From Octopus vulgaris (Eukaryota): DNA of 64,000 nucleotides. Below the pieces are notes generated by a model, which was given only the letters and a program-made list of their open reading frames with translations, was not told the origin of the DNA and made no database searches. Below, in pieces: positions 27,543-42,705 of the stretch. The DNA lies in the NCBI GenBank assembly GCA_951406725.2, contig OX597827.1, positions 68,510,001 to 68,574,000 on the forward strand, read 5' to 3'. Numbering within the stretch: position 1 is the first letter of the stretch; every line of letters begins with the position of its first letter. Position numbers and translations under genes: made by a program.

Positions 27543-27764
27543 TCATTCCTACGTTGTTCCAAAATATGCCAATACGTTCATTGACTCGTATTTCGGCTCT
27601 TTATATAGAGAGTTCAAATCACACCGATGCTTATTTTTACCTTTCAATCTTCAGGTTCGCTGAAATAAAGTCTGTGCCAAGTACAAAAATCAATAGAATC
27701 GATTAACCTCTCTGCATAAAACTGTAGTCCTTGTGTCAAAATTAGAGGCCATTCTTAGAGCTGC

Positions 27765-28815
27765 AGTCGAGGGTGAAGAAGAGTCCGAGACTGGGTGCCT
27801 GGCACCTAGAATGTCGTCAGGTGCTAACAGCCCTTTAGCAGTCGGTGGATGTTCTGCTTTAGAAATTTATAGAGGATTAGCAGCGGGGAAGTGCGACGAT
27901 GTTCTCGGGAGGACTCTGGGCGCAGATGAAAACGAACTTGCTAGTCTGTTCCGGAGGACTTTTGAGTCAGGAACTATCATGGATAATTTCCAGTTGCTCT
28001 CGGCCTGGCAGTGCTACTGGAGGAGGGACGCTACCGGTTGGAGATAAGTTCTACAAGCACCGATGTGCTGTCAGACGTACTTGTCTCAGGTGCGCGGAGA
28101 GTGACAAAACCGTTCTGCATACACTCGTTGAGTGTCCGGGCATGGCTGACTGTGAGGTTATGTGGAACAGCTATTGTCCCATGTGGGACGGATCCATCTG
28201 TCAGCTGACTTTGCAGTGATGATTGCCTCGGCGCCCTTCTTCATTCGGGCAAGCTAAGCAGTTTTCCTTTGCCTGGTGGCTGTGGTGAAAGACGTTGTTT
28301 GATGGACAAGACTGAAAGGCATGGGGACAGATACATTCCTCTTTTTTAAAGCTCTCAATTGAGAAATTGAGAAAGGAGAGGGAAGTGCAGTCCTCGAGTG
28401 AGTTTATTGAAAGGTGGGTGAGAGTTGCGAAAATGGTAAGAGTGGATGGTACCTCTCTGAGTGTAGATATGTGAGTCCGAAAGAAGGAATTGGAGCGGGC
28501 ACTTGCTCTTGGTGTTCAGGGAAATCTCGGACAGTGGGATTCCTCGATTATCCCTAGAGGTCCTCCTGTATCAGGAGGGCTACATCTCTACCCCTCTTCC
28601 ACCCCTCCTTTTTATTCTGAAACCTTTGTATACTATGTATGTCCCTTCTTTTTCAGGGTATACCGTGTATACTTAACCACGATTCTTTTTTTGATCGTTT
28701 TATTATATGAGAACCCCAACACTTTGTCTTGCCCCCCCCTCAGCCTTTGCCCTTGTGGAAAATAAATGAAATCATTATTATTATTATTATTATTATTGTT
28801 ATTATTATTATTATT
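27765..28815 (+). pseudogene. Tx1/L1-like LINE 3' remnant (C-terminal CCHC zinc finger, 3' UTR, (ATT)n tail)
   Basis: Frameshifted MDNFQ..AWQCY..TLPVGDKFYKH.....CLRC...KTVLHTLVECP; ends CAGCCTTTGCCCTTGTGGAAAATAAATGAAATC(ATT)n; homologous to 48830-49085. Confidence 0.75.
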
Positions 28816-29026
28816 ATTATTAATGGTGTTGTTGTTGGGGAGTGATGGTGGAGGGCGTTCTTCTTCAAATCATTAATAAACATAGAAGTCACTGTCAAAA
28901 CTATTTTTGTTAAAGAATAATAAAGCTGTACTCTACCAACTGTATTGAGTAATCCTTCAGTTTAATACAATGTAAAACTGTTTTTATTAGAGCTGAAAGA
29001 TAAACATTGATATGATTCATACATGA

Positions 29027-29078
<52 letters not shown>

Positions 29079-29118
29079 ATAGATATGCACACACATACAC
29101 ATATAGCTTGGGCGATAA

Positions 29119-29153
<35 letters not shown>

Positions 29154-29155
29154 TG

Positions 29156-29205
<50 letters not shown>

Positions 29206-29231
29206 TGTATGTATGTATGTAGGTAGGTATG

Positions 29232-29322
<91 letters not shown>

Positions 29323-30071
29323 GAATTCACGGGACGTCTCTAGTGCTAAATGACTTAATCATCTGACCGCAACTGGTTTTTGTCTGAACAATAACAATTC
29401 ATTCGCATTGAGTCCAGACATCAATGTAGGTGTAACAGCATCCATCGGATCAAATCACACCATTGCTGTCGCCAGGTTTTCAATGAATCTCCATTGCTAA
29501 TTAAGATGGGAACGTGAAATATTCATCACACAGCTCTTACATTAATATAATAATATCCTGTCTACCAATAACGCCATTTGCTTGTGTCGTGTCATATAGA
29601 AGCGCTCCAATGACGACAATACAAATAAATATCTCGGTTCTCTACGATGATGGTGATACTGGCGGTGGTGGTGGATTTGGTGGTGGTGATGGATTTGGTG
29701 GTGGTGCTGGTGGTGGTGGTGGTGGTGGTGCTGGTGCTGGTGCTGGTGGTGGTGCGGTGGTGGTGGCGGTGGTGGTGGTGATGGTGGTGGTGATGGTGGT
29801 GGTGGTGGTGGTGGTGGTGGCGGTGATGTTGGTGGTGGTGATGGTGGTGACGGTGATGGTGCTAGAACTGTGTTGAGGGTGTTGAGAAAAAATGGATGTA
29901 AGCGAAGATGGTAGCGGCAGTAACGGAGGTAGTGGTGGTTTGTGATTGTAGTGCGGGTGGTAGTAGTAGTAGTAGTAGTGTAGTAGTAGTCGTAGTTTTA
30001 GTGGTAGTGGTGGTGGTGGTGATACATAGTGTCCTTCTTGTTCTTGTTACTGTTCTCTACTCCTTTCGTTT

Positions 30072-30112
<41 letters not shown>

Positions 30113-30484
30113 TCTCTCTCTCTATCTATCTATCTCACTGGTCTATATCACTCTTTCTCGCTTTCTCTCCCCGTCTCTCCCCACACCTCGCTCTCATTTC
30201 ACAACGCTTTCTGCGCTTCTTCCTCTCCTTCCTTTTTTTTTTTACCACCACCAACACTAACGCCAACACCACTATCACCACCACAACCGCTACCGCCATC
30301 ACAATCACCGCCATCAGCAGCGCCACCTCCACTATCACCGTCACCATTATTACCACCACCACCTCCACCACCACCATCATCATCACCACCACCGCCACCG
30401 TCTCGTCCGAGCCAACGAAATGGCCCTTAAGTGGTTATTCGACTTGTTAGAAATAGCAGCTAAATCTTCCATAAATCTTGTTTC

Positions 30485-30740
30485 CTTGCTTGCTTTGCTT
30501 CATGCTCTTACTTCACGAAGCTGGGGTGGGGGTCGTTCCGGGTTAGTGGCCCTAGAGGCGTCATCGTGCGCAGAGCCGACAAGGGTCACCAGAGCTCCCT
30601 ATTGCTGGCAGTCCCGTACCAGCCCCTCGGCATCCTAGAAGATGACGTCGGACATAAGATCTTTCTTAATCACGTCCAGCCATCTGGTGCGGGGCCTATC
30701 ACGGGACCCCATCCAGCCCTTAACTGCTGAGGGCGAATTA
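30485..30740 (-). pseudogene. RTE-clade LINE 3' end remnant
   Basis: Minus strand reads GW..SRDRPRTRWLDVIKKDL....AEGLVRD...ALVTLVGS followed by a (CAAG)-like tail. Confidence 0.6.
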
Positions 30741-30871
30741 CAGTAAATTACATGTTGCGTACTGTAGTCCTTGATACAGTAAACCTGCAATGAAAGAGGG
30801 AACGGGGACAGTTGATCCGGGGCTAGGCAACACCAACACAGCTTGCAATAATATCAGTAACAACAATAAAT

Positions 30872-31080
30872 ACCTATTTCTTTATTACCCACAAGGGGCT
30901 AAACATAGAGGGGACAAACAAAGACAGACATAGGTATTAAGTCGATTACATCGACCCCCAGTGCGTAACTGGTACTTAATTTATCGACCCCGAAAGGATG
31001 AAAGGTAAAGTCGACCTCAGCAGAATTTGAACTCACAACGTAACGGCAGACAAAATACCGCTAAGCATTTCGCCCCGCCT
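30872..31080 (-). mobile_element. SINE family B copy
   Basis: B core plus tail module. Confidence 0.85.
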
Positions 31081-31537
31081 AACAACAATAAATACCCAAA
31101 ACATATTACGCTTTTATAGTCGAGACTATGAGAGAGCTGCTATGTAGTCACTCACTATGCTAGAAATAGCGGCCAAATCGCTTTCAGCACATAATGCACA
31201 GTCATAGCAAAGGACGCTTCGGTTCAGGCTTCCCCCATATCTTTTATCCGCTACTTCTTGCACTCTTTGGAGTGCGACCATGCTGGATCACAACCTTGAA
31301 CGAATAGATCCTAGCACTTATTTTGTTAAGTCTGCTATTTATTCTATCGGGTCCCTTCTTTGCCGAACTACTAGGTTACGGGGACGTAAACATGAAAACA
31401 AGCCAACACCGGTTCTTAGTAGTGGTGGGGGCAAACTCGCGCAAGCACACACACACACACACACACATTCACACACAAATGCGCACATACATAAAAATAA
31501 GAAAGTAATCAGAGTTTATCAAGGAAGACGGAAAGAT

Positions 31538-31579
<42 letters not shown>

Positions 31580-31725
31580 TGTATATCTGAATGTATGTAT
31601 GTATCAATGTATGCATGTGGGTATGTATGTATGTAGATATGTATGTATGTATGTACGTATGTATGTACGTATATATATATATATACATATTTATATGTGT
31701 ATATATGTATATATATATATGTATG

Positions 31726-31804
<79 letters not shown>

Positions 31805-32375
31805 CAACAGTTTCTGGCGCTTTACGACGACCTCTTCAAGCCGGAAGAAAATGGAGAAAAAAATGGGAATAAATTACATTCACAATATCAGTTCTCGAAG
31901 TTCACATTTTCTCTTACAGAGATCACGTGGTGCTGTATTTTATTTCCTCCTGATCGTTGCTCCTTGGCAGTGATGGCCGGTTGATAAAAGTGGTGGCAAA
32001 TGGGTCTGCTTGTGGTAGAGTGAGGAACAGGAGTAGTTGCCGAAACAGCTAAGGCTCCTAGTGGGTTTATCGCAGTCTTTCATCTAGCTAGTAGTATTGG
32101 TCGCGTTGGCTTATCATGGTTGTCCATTTATAACGTAGCAGTGGTCTGGTGGTGGCCCCCAGCAAGGGTTGCAGTTGATGATAGTTGTTGTCTTCCTTTC
32201 TCCGCCACAGAAATTTAGACATGGCTGGTATTTGATAATGAGGGACATTTCTTTATTAATTCGCTGGCGTTGAATTGTATTATAACCAGATTAATAGAGA
32301 AAAATCGTAAAGTTTGGTTGTTTCTTACCTGCACATATTTCTATGTGTTCAGAGATTCATATTTATCTGTTCCTC
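31805..32375 (-). mobile_element. Second Penelope-like remnant (GIY-YIG C-terminus, 3' region, truncated hammerhead) ending in (TA)n
   Basis: Minus strand SEHIEICAGKKQPNFTIF and QRINKEMSLIIKYQPCLN align with the 14265 ORF; TTGAAGA-GG..CC-A-GAAAC at 31810-31839. Confidence 0.7.
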
Positions 32376-32673
32376 AAAACTATTTGTGCGTCTATAGATA
32401 TAACAACCCTATCCGCCTGTTATAAGCATTCAGACTAGACTACCTTCAACCGCCTCAGATATTTTAACCATTGAGCTACAAAGCATGAAGCTGGACGACA
32501 AACACATTTCACTATTCGAGAAGAACTAGAAAACAGTCATATGAACAATTTCCCTCGCTACGCTGAATAATTTATAAAATTAACAAAAATTATAATTAAA
32601 TATTGTTTACATGTAAATTAACAAAAGAAATTTAATGCAGTCACGTCTGCTTTTTCAATAACAAAGCGAGTGA

Positions 32674-33245
<572 letters not shown>

Positions 33246-33649
33246 ATGGCATTAGCAAACGACGATATTTATAATGACCTGGCGACATAGTCGTCTGTTG
33301 AGAGATGCACATATCGTCAGCCACTAAGGGACATGCTCAAAGATTGGTTAAGGTCAAACAACTGACAGAGAATACGAGGGAGTAGGGAGAGTGAGAGAAG
33401 AGACATAAGGGAGAGAGAAAAAATTGTGATTATGAGTAAGGGAAAAGGAAATGTGATGGACGATGGAGAAAAGCAAGCATATATATAATATTTTGACACA
33501 CACCAAGCACATAAGCAAACATGCACACACACAACACATGCGTGCATACACACATATATACTTATATACGTACATGTATGCTTGAATACATACGTTTATA
33601 CATACATGCACACGTACAAGAATGCATGCATGAATATACACATATATGC

Positions 33650-34286
<637 letters not shown>

Positions 34287-34294
34287 TATATATA

Positions 34295-34626
34295 TACACG
34301 GCCGCCTAGACCACTGAAACCATTAACCAATTAGATTTTGAGGTGGTGGAACACTCTACCAACAGCCCAGATCTCTCCTCTTCCGACATTCATATCTTTG
34401 GACTGCTCAAAGATGGATGGCAATGTGAAGGAATCGGTGCATAAATGGTTGCACGACCAACGGGAAACCTTTTTATTGGAGGTAATACGCAAGTTTGTGT
34501 ACCGCTGGACCAAGTACATCGAAAAGGAAGGAGACTATATAGAAAAATGTCGGATTTGTGTATCCCCTGCTTTTGTGTAAATACATTGAAAAAACAAGAG
34601 AGCGTATAATTTTTGACTCTCCCTAC
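34295..34626 (+). pseudogene. Mariner transposase C-terminal remnant
   Basis: HTAA*TTETINQLDFEVVEH..NSPDLSSSD.HIFG.LK ... VKESVHKWLHDQ.ETF....IRKFV.RWTK.IEKEGDYIEK, then TIR-like AATTTTTGACTCTCCCT. Confidence 0.8.
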
Positions 34627-34627
34627 C

Positions 34628-35363
34628 TTGTAGGTAGTAAAGAAATAGGTATTTCGTCTGCCGCTACGTTCTGAGTTCAAATTCCGCCGAGGTCGCCTTT
34701 GCCTTTCATCCTTTCGGGGTCGATAAATAAAGTACCAGTTTCGCACTGGGATCGATGTAATCGACTTAATCCCTCTGTCCTTGTTTGTCCCCTCTGTGTT
34801 TGGCCCCTTGTGGGTAGTAAAGAAATAGGTATTTCGTCTGCCGCTACGTTCTGAGTTCAAATTCCGCCGAGGTCGCCTTTGCCTTTCATCCTTTCGGGGT
34901 CGATTAAATAAGTACCAGTTACGTACTGGGGTCGATATAATCGACTTAATCCGTTTGTCTGTCCTTGTTTGTCCTTTCTGTGTTTAGCCCCTTGTGTGTA
35001 GTAAATAAATAGGTATTTTGTCTGCTGCTACGTTCTGAGTTCAAATTCCGCCGAGGTCGCCTTTGCCTTTCATCCTTTCGGGGTCGATTAAATAAGTATC
35101 AGTTACGTACTGGGGTCGATATAATCGACTTAATCCGTTTGTCTGTCCTTGTTTATCCTTTCTGTGTTTAGCCCCTTGTGTGTAGTAAATAAATAGGTAT
35201 TTCGTCTGCCGCTACGTTCTGAGTTCAAATTCCGCCGAGGTCGACTTTGCCTTTCATCCTTCGGGATCGATAAATTAAATGCCAGTTGCGTACTAGGGTC
35301 AATCTAATCGACTGGCACCCTCACCCCAAAATTTCGGTCCATGTGCCTAGTGTAGAAAAGAAT
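34628..35363 (+). mobile_element. SINE family B head-to-tail array (four cores, ~180-185-bp period)
   Basis: Each unit restarts at GGTATTT(C/T)GTCTGC after the tail GTAAA(G/T)AAATA; the last unit has the native tail. Confidence 0.9.
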
Positions 35364-35571
35364 ACTTGTCCCTGGAACATACAATGGCGACCGACAAAGT
35401 TGCAAAAGTGATTGCAGAAGCTTTTGTCACTTAAATCCAATGACATACAAGACGTATCACCATCATCTTATTTCTTGATTTGTTCTGTATTTCGTAAAGT
35501 CTTATGGCGATGGATACGTGACATTCTGCACCACGCATGCAGGGATGAAAACAAATCAGATCTATCAGATC

Positions 35572-35974
35572 TATTTATAAATGCGTGTATATTTGTATGT
35601 GTGCATGTATATCTGTATGTATGGAATTCCATCTTGCGCCCTTGTTATTTGGGGCCATTTTTGATTTATTTCTGTTGGTGCTTTTAGCTGATCACAGAAA
35701 ATATTGATGTTTTTACGGGTCAAATAGTGTCCATTTTGTTAGATGAAGAAAGTTGAATACCTTTACATAGTCACTCCTGTACCTGGTATACGTGACGAAC
35801 ATATTCCTGTGACATCACATCCCATTGCATAAAATAGACATAGATTTTACGTATAACTAAATAAAACGGGATTTTTATGGCTTTTGGATATTGAATATAC
35901 TCTTTGAGATGAGACCTGGTGCTTAACGACGACGACGATAACGACAACAACGACAGCATCATCAGTGGAGGCGC
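35572..35974. repeat. Left arm of a 403-bp inverted duplication (partner 37120-37522)
   Basis: Reverse complement match with about 4 substitutions. Confidence 0.9.
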
Positions 35975-36778
35975 TGAATGGGAGGCTGAATGGGAGATGG
36001 CTATCACCTGACACAATGAGGCAATCATGTAATGTATGCATGTATGTATGTACGTATTTATGGTCAGATCGTCAGCGACTAAACTGGGGAGCCGGATCAA
36101 GCTTGCTTGGTGAGGAGGATAACCGTGGACTCCCTGCAGGACGAAACATAAATACGTACATACAGACATACATGCATGCACCTGGGAATAATGGTAATTA
36201 AGGGGTTATCCTACGCTCCGCACAATTCCAGAACTCCGAATAACAACAGCAACCATATTTATATAAACCTCACAAGATCTTGTTGTTTGAGATTTTGTTT
36301 TTAATTTGCTTGGAGTTTGATTTTTTTTTTTTTTTTTGCTTTGGGTTATTCTGGGGTTTTTGTTGTTGTTTTTTTTTTTTTTGGTGGGGGGAATCAAAAT
36401 ACTTTTCAAGCCAGAATTGAGGTGCGTCCTCTATATTGGATTCTCCTCGACGCCGAGAAAAAATTTAATTAGTCACAAGTGAACGGGCAGAGGGCCATGA
36501 ACGATTTTTGTAGACCATCCCTTGGTCTCTTGAGATCGATGTGGTTGTAACTTTGGCACTAGAATTTATATAGACTAACGTTTAGAGGGAAAAGAAAAAA
36601 AGCTGTAACCATTGTTATTGTTGTGGTTGTTGTTCTTCTTGTTCTTGTTCTTGATGTTCTTGTTACTGCTGCTAATGATGATGATGTTATCTTCTTCTTC
36701 TTCCAATCAGGACTCACGCCATTAGCCACAAAGAATAATCTCTAATTTGAGCCTACTCTAAGCTACTAAGAATGCGTG

Positions 36779-36849
36779 TGGCAACCTGAAGATCCATCCA
36801 CCATACGCGATAGACTGGCGGTTGCACGGGTGCGAAAGCTACGTTGTTA
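36779..36849 (+). ncRNA. Hammerhead-like motif (variant or decayed)
   Basis: TGGCAAC-CTGAAGA-T-CCATCC-[~28 nt]-GGGTGC-GAA-AGCT-AC-GTTGTTA: 7-bp stem I, palindromic AGCT, one extra base at the cleavage site. Confidence 0.5.
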
Positions 36850-36929
36850 TCCTCATTCCGTAAATGGTGGCTTTTAACGGGTGGAGAGCTGAACCATCCT
36901 GGGGTACCGAGGATTCGCAATCTAGACTA

Positions 36930-37129
36930 GTGGCAGAAGTAGGAACAAAGAATGAGAGAAAGTTGTGGTGAAAAAGTACAGCGGGGTTCACCCCCGACCC
37001 CCACCGGAGCCTTGTGGAGCTTAGGTGTTTTTGCTCAATAAACACTCACAATGCCCGGTCTGGGAATCGAAACCGCGTTCTTAAGACCGCGCGTCCACTG
37101 CCCTAACCACTGGGCCATTGCGCCTCCAC
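36930..37129 (-). mobile_element. SINE family C copy (3'-truncated)
   Basis: Reverse complement of the 33975 head and body. Confidence 0.85.
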
Positions 37130-37522
37130 TGATGATGCTGTCGTTGTTGTCGTTATCGTCGTCGTCGTTTAGCACCAGGTCTCATCTCAAAGAGTATATT
37201 CAATATCCAAAAGCCATAAAACTCCCGTTTTATTTAGTTATACGTAAAATCTATGTCTATTTTATGCAATGGGACGTGATGTCACAGGAATATGTTCGTC
37301 ACGTATACCAGGTACAGGAGTGACTATGTAAAGGTATTCAACTTTCTTCATCTAACAAAATGGACACTATTTGACCCGTAAAAACATCAATATTTTCTGT
37401 GATCAGCTAAAAGTACCAACAGAAATAAATCAAAAATGGCCCCAAATAACAAGGGCGCAAGATGGAATTCCATACATACAGATATACATGCACACATACA
37501 AATATACACGCATTTATAAATA
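37120..37522. repeat. Right arm (probable donor) of the 403-bp inverted duplication
   Basis: Continuous with the SINE head on the left and the CATA microsatellite on the right. Confidence 0.9.
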
Positions 37523-37991
37523 TACACTTACATGCATGCATACATGGTTGACATATATATATATACATACATACATACATACATACAAACATACATACAT
37601 GCATACATACATACATACATATACACATACATATGCACATGCATACATACATGCACGCATGCATGCATACATACGTACATACATACATACATGCATATAT
37701 ACATACGCACATACATACACACACATACATACATGCATGCATACTTCGATGCATACATACATACAGATATACATGCATATATACAAATATACATGCATAT
37801 ATATATATACATACATGAATACACAGTTAATATATATATATATATATATACATACGTACATACATACATATATACATGCATACGCACATACATACATACA
37901 CACACATACATACATACATACAGATGTACATGGACACATACAAATATACATGCATATATACATATACACATACATACATGCATACATGGTT

Positions 37992-38093
<102 letters not shown>

Positions 38094-38493
38094 CACACAT
38101 ACATACATACATACATACATACATTCATACATGCATGCATGCATGCATACATACACACATAATACATACATACATACATACATACATACACACACGCACG
38201 CATGTATGCATGCATACATAGATACATACAACAACAGAATGCACTTATTATGTACCCCAGTATCCATGATGTTATCTGTTTCTGCTCAGATTAGAACACT
38301 CGAGAGGCACAGACAATATAGATATAAATGTCAGTTTTCTATATGTATAGAATGTGTATGTGTGCATATATGTTTGTGTGTGTGTGTGTGTTTAGTATCT
38401 ATAATATATAGGCATATATATGCATATATACGTACATGCACGCTTATATATATTATATATATATATAATCACACACATACAAACACACGTATG

Positions 38494-38566
<73 letters not shown>

Positions 38567-38668
38567 CATTATAAACATAATTTATACATATATATAAGTA
38601 TATATATATACATATATATATATGCACAGATTAATATATATATATACATATATGAATATACATATTTG

Positions 38669-38699
<31 letters not shown>

Positions 38700-38732
38700 A
38701 TACATACACATATATATATGTGTGTATGTATG

Positions 38733-38766
<34 letters not shown>

Positions 38767-39476
38767 CATACATATTTATATTTACATTTATATATATAAA
38801 CTCATATTTACATATACACGTACATTGATGTAAATATACACACACAGAGACCCACAGCCACACACATACACACACACACACACACGCTCACACACACATA
38901 TATACACGCGCACACTTACACACGCCAAACCCATAGATACGAATTAATATCAAAGCGAGTAAAAAGTTAAGATCACTTCATCATCATTCTCAGAAGAACA
39001 AAACAAAAGCAGACAGTTACAACAACAACAACAACAACAACACCAACATCAACAACAACATCAACACTAACAACAAGGAAAACCGCAAAAAAGCACATAC
39101 AAGGACAAAAAAACAAATGCATATGAAAATAATATCTAGGAAAGAAATCAATGAACTCAAACGAGAGATCGATGGTTAACGTTTACTAAATATAAATGAA
39201 CTAATCAAATTAAGGTTTTGGAAGGCGCCTCTAGTCAATTTATATTGATTTTTTTCTAGTTTCTATTTATAGCTAGTTTGTTGACTATAGACAAAGACAA
39301 ATACAGACACACAGACATATACCATATTAGGATATACAATACAGATGATCATATATATGTATATACATCCATATATACATATATATATATATATTTATAA
39401 GCATATATGTATATGTCCATTTATATATGTGTGTAGATGGATAGACAAATAGATAGATATAGCAACATACACAAAA

Positions 39477-39566
<90 letters not shown>

Positions 39567-39706
39567 GTATTCATACATCTATTGTTCTTGATCGGAAGTT
39601 ATCCCGTGGAATATTCAAACACAATAATTTCTATGTATCTACCTATCGATGTGTGTGTGTGTGTGTGTGTGAGTGTGTATACACATGTATGTAAGTATTT
39701 AAGTAT

Positions 39707-39779
<73 letters not shown>

Positions 39780-40056
39780 GTATATGTATATATATATTTA
39801 TATATATGTATATATGTATATATGTATATATATATATGTATTTATGTATATATATGTATGTAAGTATTAAAGTATGTAACATATATATATATATATATAC
39901 ATACACACACACATATACATATATAAGTATGTGTGTATGTGTGCGAATGTGAACGTAGAATCATAATTCAGAATCCTATTGAAGTTATGCGTTTTTCATT
40001 GAATCAAACAAAATGCGATATTTCTCTCGAATATCCTGAGAACATTCCAAGCAAAT

Positions 40057-40099
<43 letters not shown>

Positions 40100-40367
40100 A
40101 AATAAAGAATAACAGCGTGTTTTGTGTACGTGTGTATCTATATGTGGTTGCGTGTATACGCTGTTGCGTGAAAGAGAGCGGGAACGGAGAGGTGAGCGAA
40201 AGAGGAACTGTACAGATTAGATTCGACTCCTTCTTGTAAAGCAATTTCGCTTTTGACTTTTGACTGACAGAAATTTTGGAATTTGTCTCCCTTGTTTCCT
40301 CTGAGAACAATACACTCATCTTTTTTTTTTTTTTTTTTTACACTAATGTCTCTTTTATTCTTCTGAT

Positions 40368-40870
40368 TCTTTTATTTGCTTCAGCCATTTGACTGCGGCC
40401 ATGCTGGAAGACCGCCTTGAGGGGTTTCATTCAAACAAATCGACCTCATGACTTATTCTTTGTAACATTATTTACATTATTTATATTATTTACAATTGAC
40501 GGATATTTGAACTATAGAACTGTATTATTTTTTTTGTATAGAACTGTATTACTCTTTGTAAGCCTAGTACTTATTCTATCGGTGCATTTTGCCGAACCGC
40601 TAAGTTACGGGGACGTAAACACAGCAACATCGATTGTCAAGCAATGGTGGGGACACAAACACAGATACAAAAACATATACATAAATATATTATGTAGATA
40701 TATATACGACGAGCTTCTTTCAGTTTCCGCCTGCCAAATCCACTCACAAAGCTTTGGTCGGCCCGAAGCTTCAGTAGAAGACACTTGCCCAAGGTGCCAC
40801 GCAGTGGAATTGAACCCGGAACCATGTAGTTGGGAAGTAAGCTTCTTACCACACAGTCACACCTGCGCCT
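40368..40870 (-). mobile_element. SINE family A copy with internal insertion
   Basis: Homology to other A copies. Confidence 0.85.
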
Positions 40871-41584
40871 ATGTCTGTCCCTTTTATTAAAATTTTACTT
40901 TCGATAAATGAAAAAAAAAATATATTTTCAACTCACCGCATCAGGTATCCACCAGAAAACCCAGTCCTTGTAGCCAGGTGGGGACTTATGTGCTCAACGT
41001 CACCGAGAGAAATTCCAGTGGAGTGCAAGCTCCCGTTGGGGCCCCTATATTGGACAGATCATAGACCACCTCTCCCCAAAGGTAAAAATGGGATTTAGTA
41101 GGAGCAACAAACCTTCTTAGAAAAAATGTAATGTTACAGAAGCATCGGTAATTCAAAACAAAGAAGACTTAGATGGGGAACGATACCGCTCCTCGGGTAT
41201 ACACGACACGATGCAGCAAAATAGTAAATGAAGCTGCAAAGCAGGGATCCAACTTATAAAACTAACCGTAACCCAACGATGACGAGAGAGTATTCGAGAA
41301 AGAACTTTCTAAGATTTTCATACATCTTAAGTTTATAATGCACTCCGATGGTAAGTTGGTAAGTCTATACTACCCCCAAGGGGCTAAACACAGAGGGGAC
41401 AAACAAGGACAGACAAACGGATTAAGTCGATTATATCGACCACAGTGCGTAACTGGTACTTAATTTATCGACCCCGAAAGGATGGAGTGAACAATGATTT
41501 GAGCTTACGTCGTAAACTCACCAGCATCGGTTGTCAAGCGATGTTGGGGGGGGGACAAACACAGGCACACAAACATATACACAC

Positions 41585-41615
<31 letters not shown>

Positions 41616-42291
41616 TATATACGACGGGCTTCTTTCAGTTTCCGTCAACCAAATCCACTCACAAGTATTTGGTCGGCCCGAGGCTATAGAAGAAAATACT
41701 TGCCCAAGGTGCCACGCAGTGGGACTGAACCCGGAACCATGTGGTTGGGAAGCAAGCTACTTACCACCACCACCACCATCACTGCCACCACCACCACCAC
41801 TACCATTACCAACACACACAGTCACTCCTACGCTTATGTATGTAAATTAGTCGTAAAGGAAAAGCTGTTCTTTTGTGAGGAACACGACAGCGATTAGCAT
41901 ACTTACGTTCGAATCTGCCCGAACTTATTAAGAATGAATATACTAGTCATCGTTTTAAATCTTACTATTCGCCGTGCATATGATGATTTACTGCTTTTAT
42001 AATTACTATGGCGCCTTACAAAACCCATTAAAACTATATACATTAGTTTTGCCATTAATATTCTGGATTCAGTAGACAGGAGATAAACAGGGAGAAATAA
42101 AAATATAAATTTGAGTAAAGTACAAGCTTTATTAACCAAATAAAATACAGGTATTGTAAATGCAATAAAATAAAATATTATACTGCACTTTGAGAAGCAA
42201 CGATCTGTTTTTGATATAGAAGAAACTTTCTTTTAATGAGAATTAATTAACTCAAATTAGCACTAATTCTCATAAGTAATTAACAAATATA

Positions 42292-42453
42292 GGCGCAGGA
42301 GTGGCTGTGTGGTAAGTAGCTTGCTAACCAGCCACATGGTTCTGGGTTCAATCCACTGCGTGGCATCTTGGGCAAGTGTCTTCTGCTATAGCCCCGGGCC
42401 GACCAATGCCTTGTGAGTGGATTTGGTAGACGGAAACTGAAAGAAGCCTGTCG

Positions 42454-42488
<35 letters not shown>

Positions 42489-42705
42489 GTGTGTGTTTGT
42501 GTGTCTGTGTTTGTCCCCCTAGCATTGCTTGACAACCGATGCTGGTGTGTTTACGTCCCCGTCACTTAGCGGTTCGGCAAAAGAGACCGATAGAATAAGT
42601 ACTGGGCTTACAAAGAATAAGTCCCGGGGTCGATTTGCTCGACTAAAGGCGGTGCTCCAGCATGGCCGCAGTCAAATGACTGAAACAAGTAAAAAGAGTA
42701 AGAGT
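42292..42705 (+). mobile_element. Full-length SINE family A copy
   Basis: Head, body, internal (TA)/(TG) repeat and AAAAGAGT tail. Confidence 0.92.

Noticed and set aside
27630-27680. Apparent splice acceptor TTTTACCTTTCAATCTTCAG
   Set aside because: Lies in a diverged SINE B core; no coding exon or donor follows
29335-29500. Possible LINE AP-endonuclease remnant (SIGSNHTIAVARF, SDH-like)
   Set aside because: One degenerate motif only
34628-35363. CRISPR-like or satellite reading of the ~180-bp and 645-bp periodic arrays
   Set aside because: No unique spacers, no cas genes, eukaryotic context; the ~180-bp units are SINE modules
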